Shown here in pieces: positions 48,003-61,244 of a stretch of 64,000 bases of DNA (its first letter is position 1; every line of letters starts with the position of its first letter). Under the pieces are notes generated by a model. It did no database searches and was not told the DNA's origin. It saw only the letters and a program-made list of their open reading frames with translations. Both the position numbers and the translations under genes were made by a program. This DNA comes from Phaeosaccion multiseriatum (taxonomy: Eukaryota > Protista > Ochrophyta, other classes): the NCBI GenBank assembly GCA_965112735.1, contig OZ218964.1, forward strand, positions 248,001 through 312,000, read 5' to 3'.

Positions 48003-51000
48003 GGTTGCTGGTGGAGTTGCTGATGCTGGAGTAGCGACTCCTGTACGAGCAGCGCCCCCCTTCTTCGCGCGGGCGAACCAGGACTTCCTTCGCTGCTGTA
48101 TCACCAACTGCTCCGGCTTTGGCTCCTCCGGCTGCTGCGTGGTAGGTCCTTGTCCGGCGGCGGTACCAAGCCGAGTCGGAAGCGACGCCCTCTTCCTGAC
48201 GTTCCCTCTCGCCGCTGGTGCTGCTGTATCACCAACTGCTGCTGCTGCTGCTGCTGTTGATGGGGGGGCACCAGTACTGAAGCGCCGCATTATGTGGGTA
48301 ATCGTCGATCGTCGCCGACTGGGCCTAGTGAGGGTTCTACGAAAGGGATTGCTGTAGGCGTCCACGCCCAGGGACGAGCGGAGCCAGTTCAGGAATGTGA
48401 AGCGCCGTCGCGAGACCTTCACCACCGTAAACAGGCCATCGTCTGGGTATTGGGAAGGGCGTTGACAAAGGCGTTAGTGGAGAGAGCAACAGAGGGGAGG
48501 AGGGGGGAGGTCAGACTTAGGAGCAAGAGAAGGAAAATGGGCTCGAGCTTCATGGAGCCAGTGCGATGCCAATCACTCCCTGCTCCTCCCGTGTCGTCCG
48601 AATACCCAAGTGATGAGCTCCATTGCTTCGCCCCCCCATCCTCCCATCTTGCTAGTCCGGCTGCTACTACTCATTACTCACCGTATCCGGGGCCATCTTC
48701 TTGGCGAGATCCCTCCGTCGCTTCGTCCCACGCCGAGAGCGCACTCGGCGCCGTGGAGATGGTGTTGAAGGTGAACAGGGGAAAAGTCTTCGATGGGGCT
48801 CCCATGCCACCGATTCGAGACCCACTGGGACTAGAGGCACCCTTCCTGGCCTCACCCAACCCCCCTAAGGTAACAGGAGAAGCCCCTCCGGAGATCTCTT
48901 TGAGCCACTCTTGCTGCTCAGGTGGCATCTCGCCCCACTCTGCCACCTGGAAGGGCTGCTCCGCGCCGTAGTCATCCTCCTCCTCCTCCTCCTCCTCCTC
49001 TTCCTCTTCTTCCTCCTCTTCTTCTTTTTCATCTCCGCCTTCCCCGGCATCGTCTGCTCCTTTTTGCTCGTCTCTCCCAGCCCCACCTCCTGTTGAGGAG
49101 ACGCCCCCCATGCCTCCTCCACTGTCGTTGCTGGAGCTCCGTGCCCGTATAAAGATCATACTACCGCTACCACCACGATTAGCTGCCATCCCACCCGAGC
49201 CACCAGCAGCAGCAGTACCAGTCGTACCAGCAGCACTGGCAGCACTAGCAGCTACAGCTGCAGCGGTGTCTATGGGCGACGAGGATGAAGGCCTCTCCCT
49301 CTGCGTCTCCTCCACCGCCCGGGACACCGGAAAGCGCTTCTCCAAGTATGAACGGTAGTACTTGGACTGGACAAACTTGGGCATGATGAACTGCTGAATA
49401 GTGGGGATGGCGTTTTGCCGGAGCGTGTCGTCAAACAAACATGTGGGGTCGTTGTGGTCGGACTCGCAGAGGGCCTGCCGCTTGTCGGTAGTCTTCCCTC
49501 GCGACCTGACGGCTCCCATCGACAAGTCTTTGAGCAAGCCCCAGAGCTCGTTGGAGTCCTTTGTGACGCCAGTTGTTGCCCTCCTCCCTCGCTCCCGGTA
49601 ATCTGCTCCTGCCTCCTCCTCCCCCTCTTCCCCATCCCCCCTCTTAGTCCGCGGAGCGCCCCCACGATCTGCAACTGATTCCCCGCTCGTCTCCCGTCGT
49701 TTCTTGTAGCTCTGGCGACCTAAGATCCTTCCAGACGGCCTCCGCTCGTTCCGGTCTTGATGAATGTCCTGATACGAAGTCAGTCGACGCTTAGGCGAAG
49801 TGTTCTCACCCCCTCCCCGCTTCCCCAGAAACCTCCAAGACCCTTGCCGGTCGTCTTCTCCTCTCGGGGGCGAAGTCGGAGTGGCGGGGGCAGGTCCTCT
49901 TCGCAGCGCCTCTTCAATGGCCTCTGCCATTCCTCCGTGTCCACTCGCCCTCCTATACCCTCCCCCCGTCCCTGCGGTCGATGCCCGCTCCACCACCTCC
50001 ACCTGAGCATCTCCCCCCGCCGAGGTCAGCCCCCTTAAGGACAACGACATCCCCCCTGTTGCGGCCCCTGCCGAGGCCCGACGACCAAGGAGACTCAACA
50101 GGTGTGTGCCAGTGCCAGCTCCCCCGCCCGCCGCCGACGCTCTAATTGACGTCTCTGCTGCCCCGGCTTGGGCTCCGATCGAACGCCTCACAGTGCTTGT
50201 TCCGGAGCCCCGTCGGTTCTGCCAAAATCGGGCAGAAGCACCCACGGCGCCTCCTCCTCCTCCTCCTCCTCCTCCTCCTCCTCCTCCTCCTCCTCCTCCT
50301 CCTCCTCCTCCTCCTCCTCCCGCTCCACTCCTCTCTCCATTCCCCTCTGTCTCCCCATGAACACCTCCTCCGCGGCCCGTGGCTGCCCTGGCCTTTGCCG
50401 GAGAATAAATGGCCTTCTTGATATCCCTTAGCTGTGCCCCATCTGCATACAGGCGGGGCTTCTTGCCGCGGTCAGGATTGAGGTATCTATCGAAGATGTA
50501 CTTCGCGTGCTTCATTTGACAGGCGTGAGACGTTGTCCTGTCCATCTTCTTCAACGCTGGGGTGGGGTGGGGTGGGTAGGGTGCAGGTGGGTGGAAGGAT
50601 CGATGACGAGAGAGACGGGAGAACGAGACATCGAGGGCGGTAGTGAAGGGGCATCAGAGCAGCGGCCACGTGCCCCATTGCGTGTCGACCGTTCGGCCCC
50701 CTCCCATACTTCATTCAAGTGTACCCACGCACACACACGCACGCACACACACACACACACGCCGCACACACAGGCAAGCACGCACGCATGCACACACGCA
50801 CGCGTACGTACCCATGACGTCATTGTAGAAGCCCAACTCGTCATTGAGCATTTGCTCCTTGGCGAACTTGCTGAGGAACAGCATGCCCCCCACGTCGTCC
50901 GTGAGGCAGTGGAACAGGTTTCCGTTTCCGATATGTTCCTTCTGGAAGTGTTGGATGTGCCCCTCCCGGATGAGCAGGCTCTTGGCGGCGGGGGAGAGGA

Positions 51001-52320
51001 GGTGCGCGTGACGGCTCTTCATGTGATACACTTTGAGATCGGCCTGTGTGAGTGAGTATGTTGGCGGTAGCAGCACGACGCGCACGCACACACACGCGGT
51101 CAGGGGTCGAGAGAGGATGGGGGGTTGAGCCTGCCTGTACAAAGCACTCCAACTCTATTCCATTGGGCCTCGTGTGGCATAGCCCATATTGGGGGTGGGA
51201 CAGGAGAGGAGAGTGGCCCGAATGCTTAGGTGTTACCTCTACAACGCGGCCCACACACCCAGCCACACGTTGACTCACCTGTGCCCGCACATTGGCCCAT
51301 GCGGGACCCTGCACCTCTCCCCCGCCCAAGGGAAAGGGGATCCTCCCGAAGAAGTCGGGATGCTTGAGGTCTTTGATGTCCACCTCCTCACCCGCCCGGT
51401 TCACAGATAGCGTAGCCTTGCCGAGTGCGATGAAGAAGGTACCGTGGGTTGTAGGCCTGTCTCCCTGGCGAACCAGGTAACCGTCGTCCTAAGAGGGGGG
51501 GAGGGAGGGAGGACGAGAGTGACTCGCAACGTTCCAAATGCTGCGCTTTGAGAAGCTTCCTACCCCCCCCGCGCCGTCCTTGAAAGTCACTCGTAAACGC
51601 ACCACAAACTCTTCCTTCACTACCCAATCAAATCCAATAAATGTACACCGAGTACCCAATCCAATCCAGCCCAATTCAACCCACCTCTACTTCCACGCAT
51701 TGCAGTCGAGCTGCCAAAGCCCTGCGCTCCGCGATGCCCAAGTCAAGGAAGATAACCGACTCCGCGAGCTCCTTCAGCACCACCTCGGTCTGCGCCTCCC
51801 CCGACCCCACCACCGGCACTTTGCGGACGCTGACTCGCGTCTCTGTCGAGCCTGTCCTTCGCTGTCCCCGGTCTCTCGCGTCGCTCTCGTAATCGAGGAG
51901 ACTCAAGCGTGATGCGCGGGGTGGACCCATGCCCTTTGCGAGACTGAATGGTGACGGAGGTGCTTCCCCTACCCCTCCTCCAGCCCCTCCTTCCTCCTCT
52001 CCGTGCTGTGCCTCTAGGTGCTCCTCTGCTTCCCCTTCTCCTCCTACTCCTCCTCCTCCCTCGCTTCCTCCTCTTCCTCCTCTATTTCTAGTTCCCACTG
52101 TACATGTCTCTCCTCCGATCTGCTGTCGCTCCAATGATCTCCGACTCGTTTCGGTTTCGCGTAGAGTATGCTGTCCTGTGGCTCGCCGATCCGCAAGCTC
52201 GAGTCCACCACAGAGGCTTGATGCGCCCTCTCCTCCTCCTACCCCTACCCCTGCTCCTCGTTGTCCATCCCCCTCTTTTGCTTGTTCTTGTTCTTGTTCT
52301 TGTTCTTGTTCTATTTCTTC

Positions 52321-52352
<32 letters not shown>

Positions 52353-52833
52353 CTTCTTCTTCTTCTTCTTCTTGTCCCTCTCCTTTCACCTCTCCGACAG
52401 AGAACAAGTGTGGCTCTCTTGATGGTTCCTTGTGTTGTCGAAGTCCAGCCTCGACCACGCCCGAAGACAAAAAGGCCCCCATGGAGCTTGGAGAAGTTGC
52501 AATGGATGACACCGGAGACGCCCGCCCGGACTGCTGGACGGACCGCACGGACCGGGGCGAGTTGGAGCAAGAGTGTTCGCAAGACGCGCCATGCTCCTTG
52601 TCTCGATTGCGCATCGAGTACTTGTGCCGAGTGCTCTCGCGCGGCGCCCTCTTCCTCCTCCTCGACAGGGGAGATGGACTCAGTGCCGTCACACTCACAG
52701 GAGAGCCTGAGCCCACAGGCTGTAGAATCTGTCGTGAGCGCTTCCCCGTGGTGCTGTCAGTGTGCAGTAGAGGAGGGAGGTTGAGCGATCGGCGCGCTCC
52801 TCGACTCACATCGCCCGGTGGCGAGGAAGGCAT
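47925..52833 (-). CDS. Multi-exon protein with a cyclic-nucleotide-binding-like domain followed by an RGS domain split by a long low-complexity insert (5' end uncertain)
   Basis: IFLDL..ALAARLQ..YLVRQGD..FFIALGKATLS..DFFG..ANVRA (CNB). FLSKFAKEQMLNDELGFYNDV, AKYIFDRYL, LFDD..QFIMPKFVQSKYY (RGS). Confidence 0.7.
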
Positions 52834-53021
52834 CGGTGGGCCTTTTCGGCTGCTGAGTGCGCTGCAACAAGCTTGCGATCACATCTTCACTGCTGCGAGT
52901 GTTGACCCTGCCACCACAGTTTCTGATTCGTGATCATAGCTTCATTTTCCTTCTCTTCAGGGCATGCTCGAATTATCTCATGCCCTGGCTGTTCCCCCCA
53001 TGGGTTCGGTGAGGGTGTGAT

Positions 53022-53620
53022 GAGGAGGAGGAGGAGGAGGAGGAGGAGGAGGAGGAGGAGGAGGAGGAGGAGGAGGAGGAGGAGGAGGAGGAGGAGGAGG
53101 AGGAGGAGGAGGAGGAGGAGGAGGAGGAGGAGGAGGAGGAGGAGGAGGAGGAGGAGGAGGAGGAGGAGGAGGAGGAGGAGGAGGAGGAGGAGGAGGAGGA
53201 GGAGGAGGAGGAGGAGGAGGAGGAGGAGGAGGAGGAGGAGGAGGAGGAGGAGGAGGAGGAGGAGGAGGAGGAGGAGGAGGAGGAGGAGGAGGAGGAGGAG
53301 GAGGAGGAGGAGGAGGAGGAGGAGGAGGAGGAGGAGGAGGAGGAGGAGGAGGAGGAGGAGGAGGAGGAGGAGGAGGAGGAGGAGGAGGAGGAGGAGGAGG
53401 AGGAGGAGGAGGAGGAGGAGGAGGAGGAGGAGGAGGAGGAGGAGGAGGAGGAGGAGGAGGAGGAGGAGGAGGAGGAGGAGGAGGAGGAGGAGGAGGAGGA
53501 GGAGGAGGAGGAGGAGGAGGAGGAGGAGGAGGAGGAGGAGGAGGAGGAGGAGGAGGAGGAGGAGGAGGAGGAGGAGGAGGAGGAGGAGGAGGAGGAGGAG
53601 AAGGAGGAGGAGGAGGAGGA
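53022..53620. repeat. About 200-unit (GAG)n/(CCT)n trinucleotide tract
   Basis: Pure repeat with a single AAG interruption near 53601. Confidence 0.98.
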
Positions 53621-54326
53621 GGGGAGTCACGGGGGTTTAGAAGGCGGGGGCAGGGGGGTGGCGGGGGGATACCGTCCACCAGACCCACTTGACCAAGCGC
53701 TTTGGTGCCTTACTCCTCCCAACCCCACCCTTCGTTAGAGTCTATCCATCAAACGCACCTGTGGAGACGCTCCTCTGTCCTCACCCGCAGAGCTGCTATA
53801 GCCTGGGGGCTGGCACCAGCAGACTTGGACAGGTTAACCAGATGAATGCGCCAAGAGGAAGGGGGAGGAGGAGCAGCAGCAGCGGCAGCAGCAGTAGCAG
53901 CCGCAGCACTGGAGGCAACAGCAGCCAAGTCAGCACTACGGGCAGCAGTAGAGGGCTTCCCCCTGCTGGTTCTCCGGCCCTCCTGCTGCGGGGCGCCGAC
54001 GAAAGCCGCGTCAGGCAGAGGTGATGCGCAAGTGCGTTCCACACGGGAATTCCTGTCCGCTCTTTCAAGCTCCTTCCTCCCTCAACCTCTTCCTTATTGG
54101 CTACTGCACAGTTTCAATAACCGCTGCCGTCTCCTGATCCTCAGGTTCCTGCGCTACGGTTATTTGTCCCTTCTTTTCTGACCATTTTTTCATCTAACTT
54201 CAGGCTTCGTGCCCTGGAGCTCTTATAATCTGTCCGCCAAAAGTAATTTCTGAAATTTTGTAACCGCCTTTTATCCCTATTCCTGCAGGTGCAGGACTGA
54301 CTGAATTTCCCCCCCCCCCTTGGTGC

Positions 54327-57300
54327 ATGGCTGGTACCTCCCCTCTCGAGAGTTTGCCTTCTCTTGACGCTCATGCGACAGGAGGCAGTGATGAGGCCTC
54401 GCAGGCCTCGTACCCTAGCTTTAGCTCAGACGAGGGCGGGAGAGAAGCCGAGGCCGAGGCGACGGAGACGCCCAAGGGTGTAGCGGGCTCCCATAGCCAC
54501 GGGAGCAACTCGCCCAACACCAGGGAAACACTCAGTAACCAGCAGGAGGATGGGGAGGGGAGTAAGACGGAGATCGAGCGTGCCGAGGCGTCAACCCCTC
54601 CGACAAAAGGAGGCAGAGACCTGATCGAAGGAGGGCAAGGCGTAGAGACGGCGATGGAGGTACAAGAGAAGGTGGAAGAGGGGCCGGTCCAGGAGACGGA
54701 AAAGGGGGAGGAGACCAATGGGGAGGATGCAGGAGGAGAAGGGTGGCAGGACGGAACGGCAAGTGGAGAAGACAACGAGGAGGAGGAGGGTTATGAAGAG
54801 GACGACGAGTTCCGGGGTGCGAATCTCGAGGATCTTTGCTTTCCTTCGGCAAGGGACCCTTCGCCTGCTCCCAGCCAAGAGGAGAATGGAGACGTCAGAG
54901 CACTCCCCTATTCTCCCCCCCAATCCGCCCGCGGCCGGCGACGGGACGGCAAGGCTCCTGAGAGTCGGCCTGAGCACGAGCCCTGGGACATCCAGGTCGG
55001 ACAAGGGCTGGGATGCCATTCGTCCTTTGGTCCTCCTCCTTCTTCCAGAGCCACCACCGCGCCTGGTCCTGCTGCGCATCGGAAGGGAAGGCTACTAAAG
55101 AGAAGTCGCCCTGGGTATGACTCGCCGGGGGACAACACTCCTCACCCGTCTACCGCCACTGGAACAACAAGTCGACGACTGCGCAAGCCGGCGAGAGCCC
55201 CGAGCCCACTCTACCCGACAACGGAATGTGCTCACGGTATTGTAAGTAAGGGACCAAGGCCTCGCCTTGCCCTCTCCCATCGCCCGTCTGGGCTTTCTGC
55301 TCACATCCGCCCTTGTGCTTCTCCTCTTCGCTTTGCTGACTCACCGCGTCCGCAATCTAATCCGAACCGCAGCCCACTCGGTTGCTCAAGCGCTACGGAG
55401 GCCCAGGTGGTGGTGGCAGTGCCCGTCCTTCCCTTGGTACCACCACCCCACGTGCTCCCAAGAGTGCCATGGCCCTTCCCGCTGGAGAGCACCGCCCTAA
55501 ACCTCTGCCCCACTGCCCCAAGACCAGTGTAGGTCATTCGATTCGTTCTCCCCCTTCCCGCTGCTCTGTCTATTGGGATGGCCGAGGTAGTCCCAGGAAG
55601 GCCGCGACGGCAGGGGGGGGGAGACAAAGACAAGGGCTGGCGACGGAGGTGGAGGTGGAACGGATGGAGGAGGTGGAGGTCCTGAGGGCTGAGCTGTGGG
55701 AGACGCGCAGGAAACTGATGGGGATGGAGGCGAGGGCGGCAGGGAAGGCCACGGAGGCGGAGACGCTGTCCGCACTGTCCCGTCGCAAGATAAGGAGGCT
55801 GGAGGGAGATTTGTACGACGCCAGGCTGCAGTTGGCCGGGCATATGGCGACGGAGGAGCGGCGAGAGCGCGAGAGGTCCGTTGTGTGTGTGTGGTGTAGG
55901 GGGTAGGGGACGGAGGACGGGAGAACGGGGGCGCATGGTGGCTGGCCTGGTGACAACGGACCTTTCTCCGACCTTTCTCTCAAGACGTGCCCGGCCTGGG
56001 CATACGTCTACAAATCCCCCTCAGTTGTCTATCATGTCCTCTTCTCGGCGACCATGCCATGCCTCTCCTTGTCTCCTCGTCTGCCTCCCTGTCAATCTCT
56101 CTTTCTATCGCTGGTGGCATCCGTTACCCCTCACGACCACCGGCGCCCGCCTCCGCTGTGGATACCTTGTCAGAACTGCCCAGCTTGACGACTTGAGGAG
56201 CAAGCTCGGCAGGGTGTTGGATAGAACAAGTGGGGCACGCGAGAAGGCCAGCAGGCTGCAGAGAGACACCGAAGAGAGAGCCCAAGCGGCGCAGGAGAGG
56301 GAGCGAAAGGCCGAGAGGCGCGCGGCTCTGCTGGAGAGAGAGCTTGCCATACGCTGCGCTCAAGCAAGGAGAGAGAAGCTGGTGACTTGGACGGCCACAG
56401 CCAGGGACAAGGAGAGGGCTTGCAACAGGGTCAGGAAGGAGATGCTGGCCCAGCTGAGGCGGTATGTGGTGGAGAACGAATGGCTTCGGAGGGCAGTGCA
56501 GGGTCGATCCAAGCTTCGGCAGCTTCAGCAGCAGCAGCAGCAGGAGGAGGACGAGGAGGAGGAGGGGGGGGAGGAGCAGCAGCAGCAGCAGCAGGGTGCA
56601 AAGGAGGAGCAAGGGGGGCAGGGAGAGGGAGAGGCGGGTCGTGTCACAGCGCCTAGGATAGTGCCATCAAAAGCAGAGAGCAGCATTCCCAGAGCAGGAG
56701 CGAGTGTCACGCTTACCTCCTCCAAGAGACGCAAGTCCGATTCCTCTCCCCGAGAGGCTGCAAGAAGCAGTGACGTAGTCAAGAGAGGGCCGCGTCGAGA
56801 CCTGCTAGAGGAGCCAGAGCCGTTGGTGATGCATAAGGAGGAGAAGCGGGACTCGAATAGAAAGAAGCGCAAGAGGGCAAGAACCCAAGGGGCACTGCAA
56901 TCGTCCTGGCTGACGATCGCGCCGCTGCCGCTCACACAGCTCTGTGCAATGAGAGCGCGTATGGAGGAGCTTGTGGGCCGTGTGCAGGTGAGACAATCGC
57001 TCCCAGCGGGGGCGACGGAGGGAGGGAGGGAGGGAGGGAGCAGTTTCGCTCCAGAGGATTCGCTCCAGACAATTCCGGGGTGTGTCTCGCTTCTGTGGTG
57101 TTTGACTTGCCTTGCTTGCCCCTCTCACCGGACTCCTCAGGCCGCTGAGAAGGAGCGCGACTCTCTGGGCTGCCTCCTCGTGAGCGCCGAGAGGAGCATG
57201 GAGGCCATCGTTCGAAGGCAGGAGGACTTCAATCAGAGAGCGGCCGCCAGCAGCACCAACACCAGCTCCAGCCGAAGGACTGCCCCCCCCACGAGCTTGC

Positions 57301-57701
57301 TCAGGACGGGAGTACGCGGCAGCATCAGCGAGATGGGCAGCGTCGGAAGCATGACTGCGATGGAGTGTGTGTCTCCCTCATCAGCGACGATGGGTCGAGA
57401 TGGAGGTCCGTGGGCTCTCCCGCAGCAACAGCAACAGCAGTACCACCACCAACAGCAGCAACAACAGATTTCGGATCTCACGGCGCTGTTGGAGGCCGTC
57501 GAGAAGGAGAAGCGGGCGCTCCTTGCTGTGACTCCGCGAGAGAGAAGGACGGTGCTGACGACGGGCAGGCTGCTGCAAGTACGCAAAGTTAGCAAAGGAG
57601 GAGCGGTTTCGGAATCTGTACTCGGTCCAGGCGGGGCTGTGCGAGGCACCGCTATAAAGGACTCGGTTGATGTAGCGGCTCCTCCGACTGCTGGTTATCA
57701 T

Positions 57702-57733
<32 letters not shown>

Positions 57734-60700
57734 GCAAGAGGAGGGGGAGGAGGAGGAAGAGGGGCGGGAGGGGGAGGAGAAGGAAGCGGATGAGAAGGAG
57801 GAGGAGGAAGAGGGAGGGGAGGAGGAAGGGGAGGAGGACGAGGAGAAGGAGGAGGACGAGGAGGAGGACGAGGAGGAGGAGGAGGAGGAGAAGGAGGAGG
57901 AGGAGGAGGAGGAGAAGGAGAAGGAGAAGGAGGGGGAGGAGGAGGAGGAGGAAGAAGAAGAAGAAGAAGAAGAGGAGGATGATGACTACTCTATAGTGCA
58001 GCTTCTGCAGCACATCTTGGGCCTTCCATCATGTGCCCCCACGCATGATGTTCTCAGCGAGGTCATGCACTTAGCCGTCAGGGCAGGGCGGGGAGGAGAA
58101 GCAGGGGGGGAGGAGGGAGGGGGAGGGGGCGGAGGGGAAGGAGGGCAAGGAGGGGGAGGGGGAGGGGGCGGAGGAGGGAGAGGAGGAAGAGGGGGAAGAG
58201 GAAGAAGAGGACGAAGAGGACAGAGGAGAGCAGGAGACGGGAGAGGAGGAGAGATGAGAGGAGGAGACGGAAGGGGAGGGGGGGGGTTCAGGGGTCGGGA
58301 TGGTGAGAAAAGCGATGGTAGGCTCTTGGAAAGTCTACCGGATGAGCAAAGCTGCCTGGACTTGTTAGAGGGGTCGTCGATGGGCAACAGCAAAAGGACG
58401 GGGGGGGAGGAGGGCGGCCGGAAGCCAGGAGGGAGAGGCGGAGGAGGTGGTGGTGGTGGTGGTGGTGGTGGTGGTGGAGGAGCAGGAGGAGCAGAAGGAG
58501 GAGGAGGAGGAGGAGGAGGAGGAGGAGGAGGAGGAGGAGGAGGAGGAGGAGGAGGAGGAGGAGGAGGAGAAGGAGGAGGAGGAGGAGGAGGAGGAGGAGG
58601 AGGAGGAGAAGGAGAAGGAGAAGGAGCAGAAGGAGTACACGCCGATGCTGCGGCAGGGAAAGAGGCTGTGAAGGAGACCGTCTCCGCGCTGTCTTCGCAG
58701 CATGAGCTGCAGTCGCCAGTTGATGGAGCATTGCCCCCCCCAGAGACGCAGGAGGAGGCGGCCCACCCTGACGGTGGGACGAGCGGCGTGGGGTCGAACG
58801 CCATCGCCAGCACAGGTGCGGATGTTGAACATGTGCAGGTCCCACAGAGGCGGCGAAGTAGGGCGGGGTCCAAAAGCAACGGCAGAGGCAGGCCGCGGAG
58901 TGGTGATTCCAGCAGTAACCTGAGCAGCAACGGGAGCCAGAAGAGCAAGAGCAGCAAACCGAGAGGAAGCATGGGAGGCGTCAAGACTAGCACATCGGCT
59001 GGAGACGTCGCAGAGGCTGCCCTTGAAGAGTGGGCGGGCGGTGAGCGGCGCCCAAAGGGGCCAAACCTCGAAGGACTCCGCCAGACCATGTTCGTGCGTC
59101 GACCCATGAACGGAGTGCATGTGAGCTTGTCAGTGATGCTGCCAATCGGAGGGAAAGACGGACAAGAACAGAACAAGCAAGACCGAAAAGGCGGAGGAGG
59201 AGGAGGAGCAGCAGGGAGGGGAGAGAGGCCCTTGGTTGCGGAGCGGCAGGGAGAACCATCCCCTGACTTTGTGACCATCCTCGCCTACGACCCGCTGCTC
59301 GTAGGGCATATGCGGCTGGACATCAAGCTCAAGCAGGCCTTCCTGGCCTTCCCCTCTCAGCCCGATCTATACACAGGGGGCATTGAGTCTGTTCAGCTGC
59401 ACCAGGCCCTCCTGCAGCGGGTAGAGATAATGCCCACTAGTGTGGTCCGTGCCTTGCTCGATGATGCTCAGTATCGGCGGAACAGGGACAGCAGGGACAA
59501 GGTCAACAGGCAGAAGCAGCAGCAGCAGCAGCAGCAGCAGCGGGGGGCGGCGCAAGGCGATGTGGGGGAGGGGGGGGGGGCTGACGTCCCGCTCATCAAA
59601 CAGGCGAGTGAGTGAGTGAGTGAGTGAGTGAGTGAGTGAGTGAGTGAGTGGGTGAGTGAGTGGGTGAGTGAGTGAGTGAGTGAGTGAGTGAGTGAGTGAG
59701 TGGGTGAGTGAGTGAGTGAGTGGGTGAGTGAGTGAGTGAGTGAGTGAGTGAGTGAGGGAGGGACAGAGAGGGAGAGAGTGACGCAAGAACTCGAGAAAAA
59801 GTTTCCGTTTCAGAGAGATGACCAATATCGAGAACCGATACCCGATACCAACGCCTTGAGCCGTCCATCCAGTGCCATCCACTCACGCCTCCTGCCGCTC
59901 ACCCCTGCTTCTCTCTGCTTCGTTCTGCCTCTCCTCCTGCTCGTTCTTTGACTGACAACAACGAAAAACAGATTCGCGGATCCTTCGTCGGTCGCGGCAT
60001 GGAGGCGATGGACAAGGCGGGGATTGCCCTGCTGAGTCGCCACAGCCGCAACAGCAGACGCGATAAATCGGGCTTGAGAGAGAAGCCCGAGGAGGATGAG
60101 TCGCTGCTGGTGCTGCTGGGGGAAGATGGGGATGTAGTACATACTTCAAACCCGACAATGGGGGACGGGGGGGACTTGGCAGCTGCTGCTGTATCGCCAA
60201 CTGGTGATGGTGGTGGTGGTGGGAACTTCGCAGCGCAATCCGCAGCGGTACAGGCCCTGAGTTTGGCTACAAATGGCAACGCCTTTCAGATGGACGAGAT
60301 AGAGATTCTTGCCACTCGAGGGGCCAACTATTTCTACGAACCCCCGCCCCCTGATCTTGGCTCGGCAGGGGGAGGGGGAGGAGGGGGAGGGGGAGGGCGA
60401 GGGCCTCCGGCACCAAACATCATGGTCGACGATGTTCTCACGCTGCCCGTGGGGGTCACCGACGAGGACGAGAGCGAGAATGAGTACGAGTATGCATGTG
60501 AGGATGATGATTCTGACTATGATGATGACGAGGATGACAGCGACGAAGAGGAGGAGGGGGAGGAGGGGGAGGAAGAGGAAGAGGACGAAGAGGAGGATGA
60601 TGAGGAGGGGGAGGAGGAGGAGGGGAAGCAGGGGGAGGAAGAGGAAGAGGAAGAGGAAGAGGACGAAGAGGAGGATGATGAGGAGGGGGAGGAGGAGGAG

Positions 60701-60946
60701 GAGGAGAGGCGGGGGGGGGGTGGAGGGAGCAAGGGGGGGGAGCAGGCGCAGGAGGAGGAGGAGAAGGAGGAGGGGAAGGAACAGAAGGAGCAGGAGGAGC
60801 AGGAGGAGGAGGACGAAGAGGAGGAGGAGGAGTACGAGGACGATTACGAAGAGGAGGAGGAGGAGGAGAGGGGGGAGGGGCGAGGGGTTGACACCGGAGA
60901 CGTCAAAAAGAGTGTTCAAGTCTTGTCCCAAAAAGAAGGGAATTAA
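54327..60946 (+). CDS. Large low-complexity/coiled-coil protein of unknown function, multi-exon
   Basis: Long co-oriented ORFs (54327, ~55600, 56175-59603, ~59972-60946) with heptad-like segments (LRAELWETRRKL, RAALLERELAIR), poly-E/Q/G tracts and plausible splice sites. No family recognised. Confidence 0.55.
59604..59756. repeat. (GAGT)n array at the 5' end of a putative intron
   Basis: Seen directly. Follows CAG|GCGAGT. Confidence 0.9.
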
Positions 60947-61244
60947 GAGTTGAGGACTTCAGTGCGCGATGCCTCGATGAAGAGCAAAGTACTGCATGTG
61001 TGTCATGAAGAGCAAAGTGCTGCTTGTGTGTCTGGCCATACTCGCGGCCCACAGATGGTCCAGGCTCTTGTATAACTCGTTCCTTTCGATATATCAATAT
61101 CAATGCTCCGACAGAGAGACAGACAGACCGCGGGACACACAGGCAGGGAGCAGACAAGGCAGACAGGGAGACAGGCAGTCAGGCAGACTGACAGGCACGT
61201 AGGAACGCAGGAAGGAGGGCAGGCAGGCAGGCAGCACGCCTCGC

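Noticed and set aside
52887-53688. Poly-Leu, poly-Arg and poly-Pro ORFs
   Set aside because: Translation artefacts of the (GAG)n tract.
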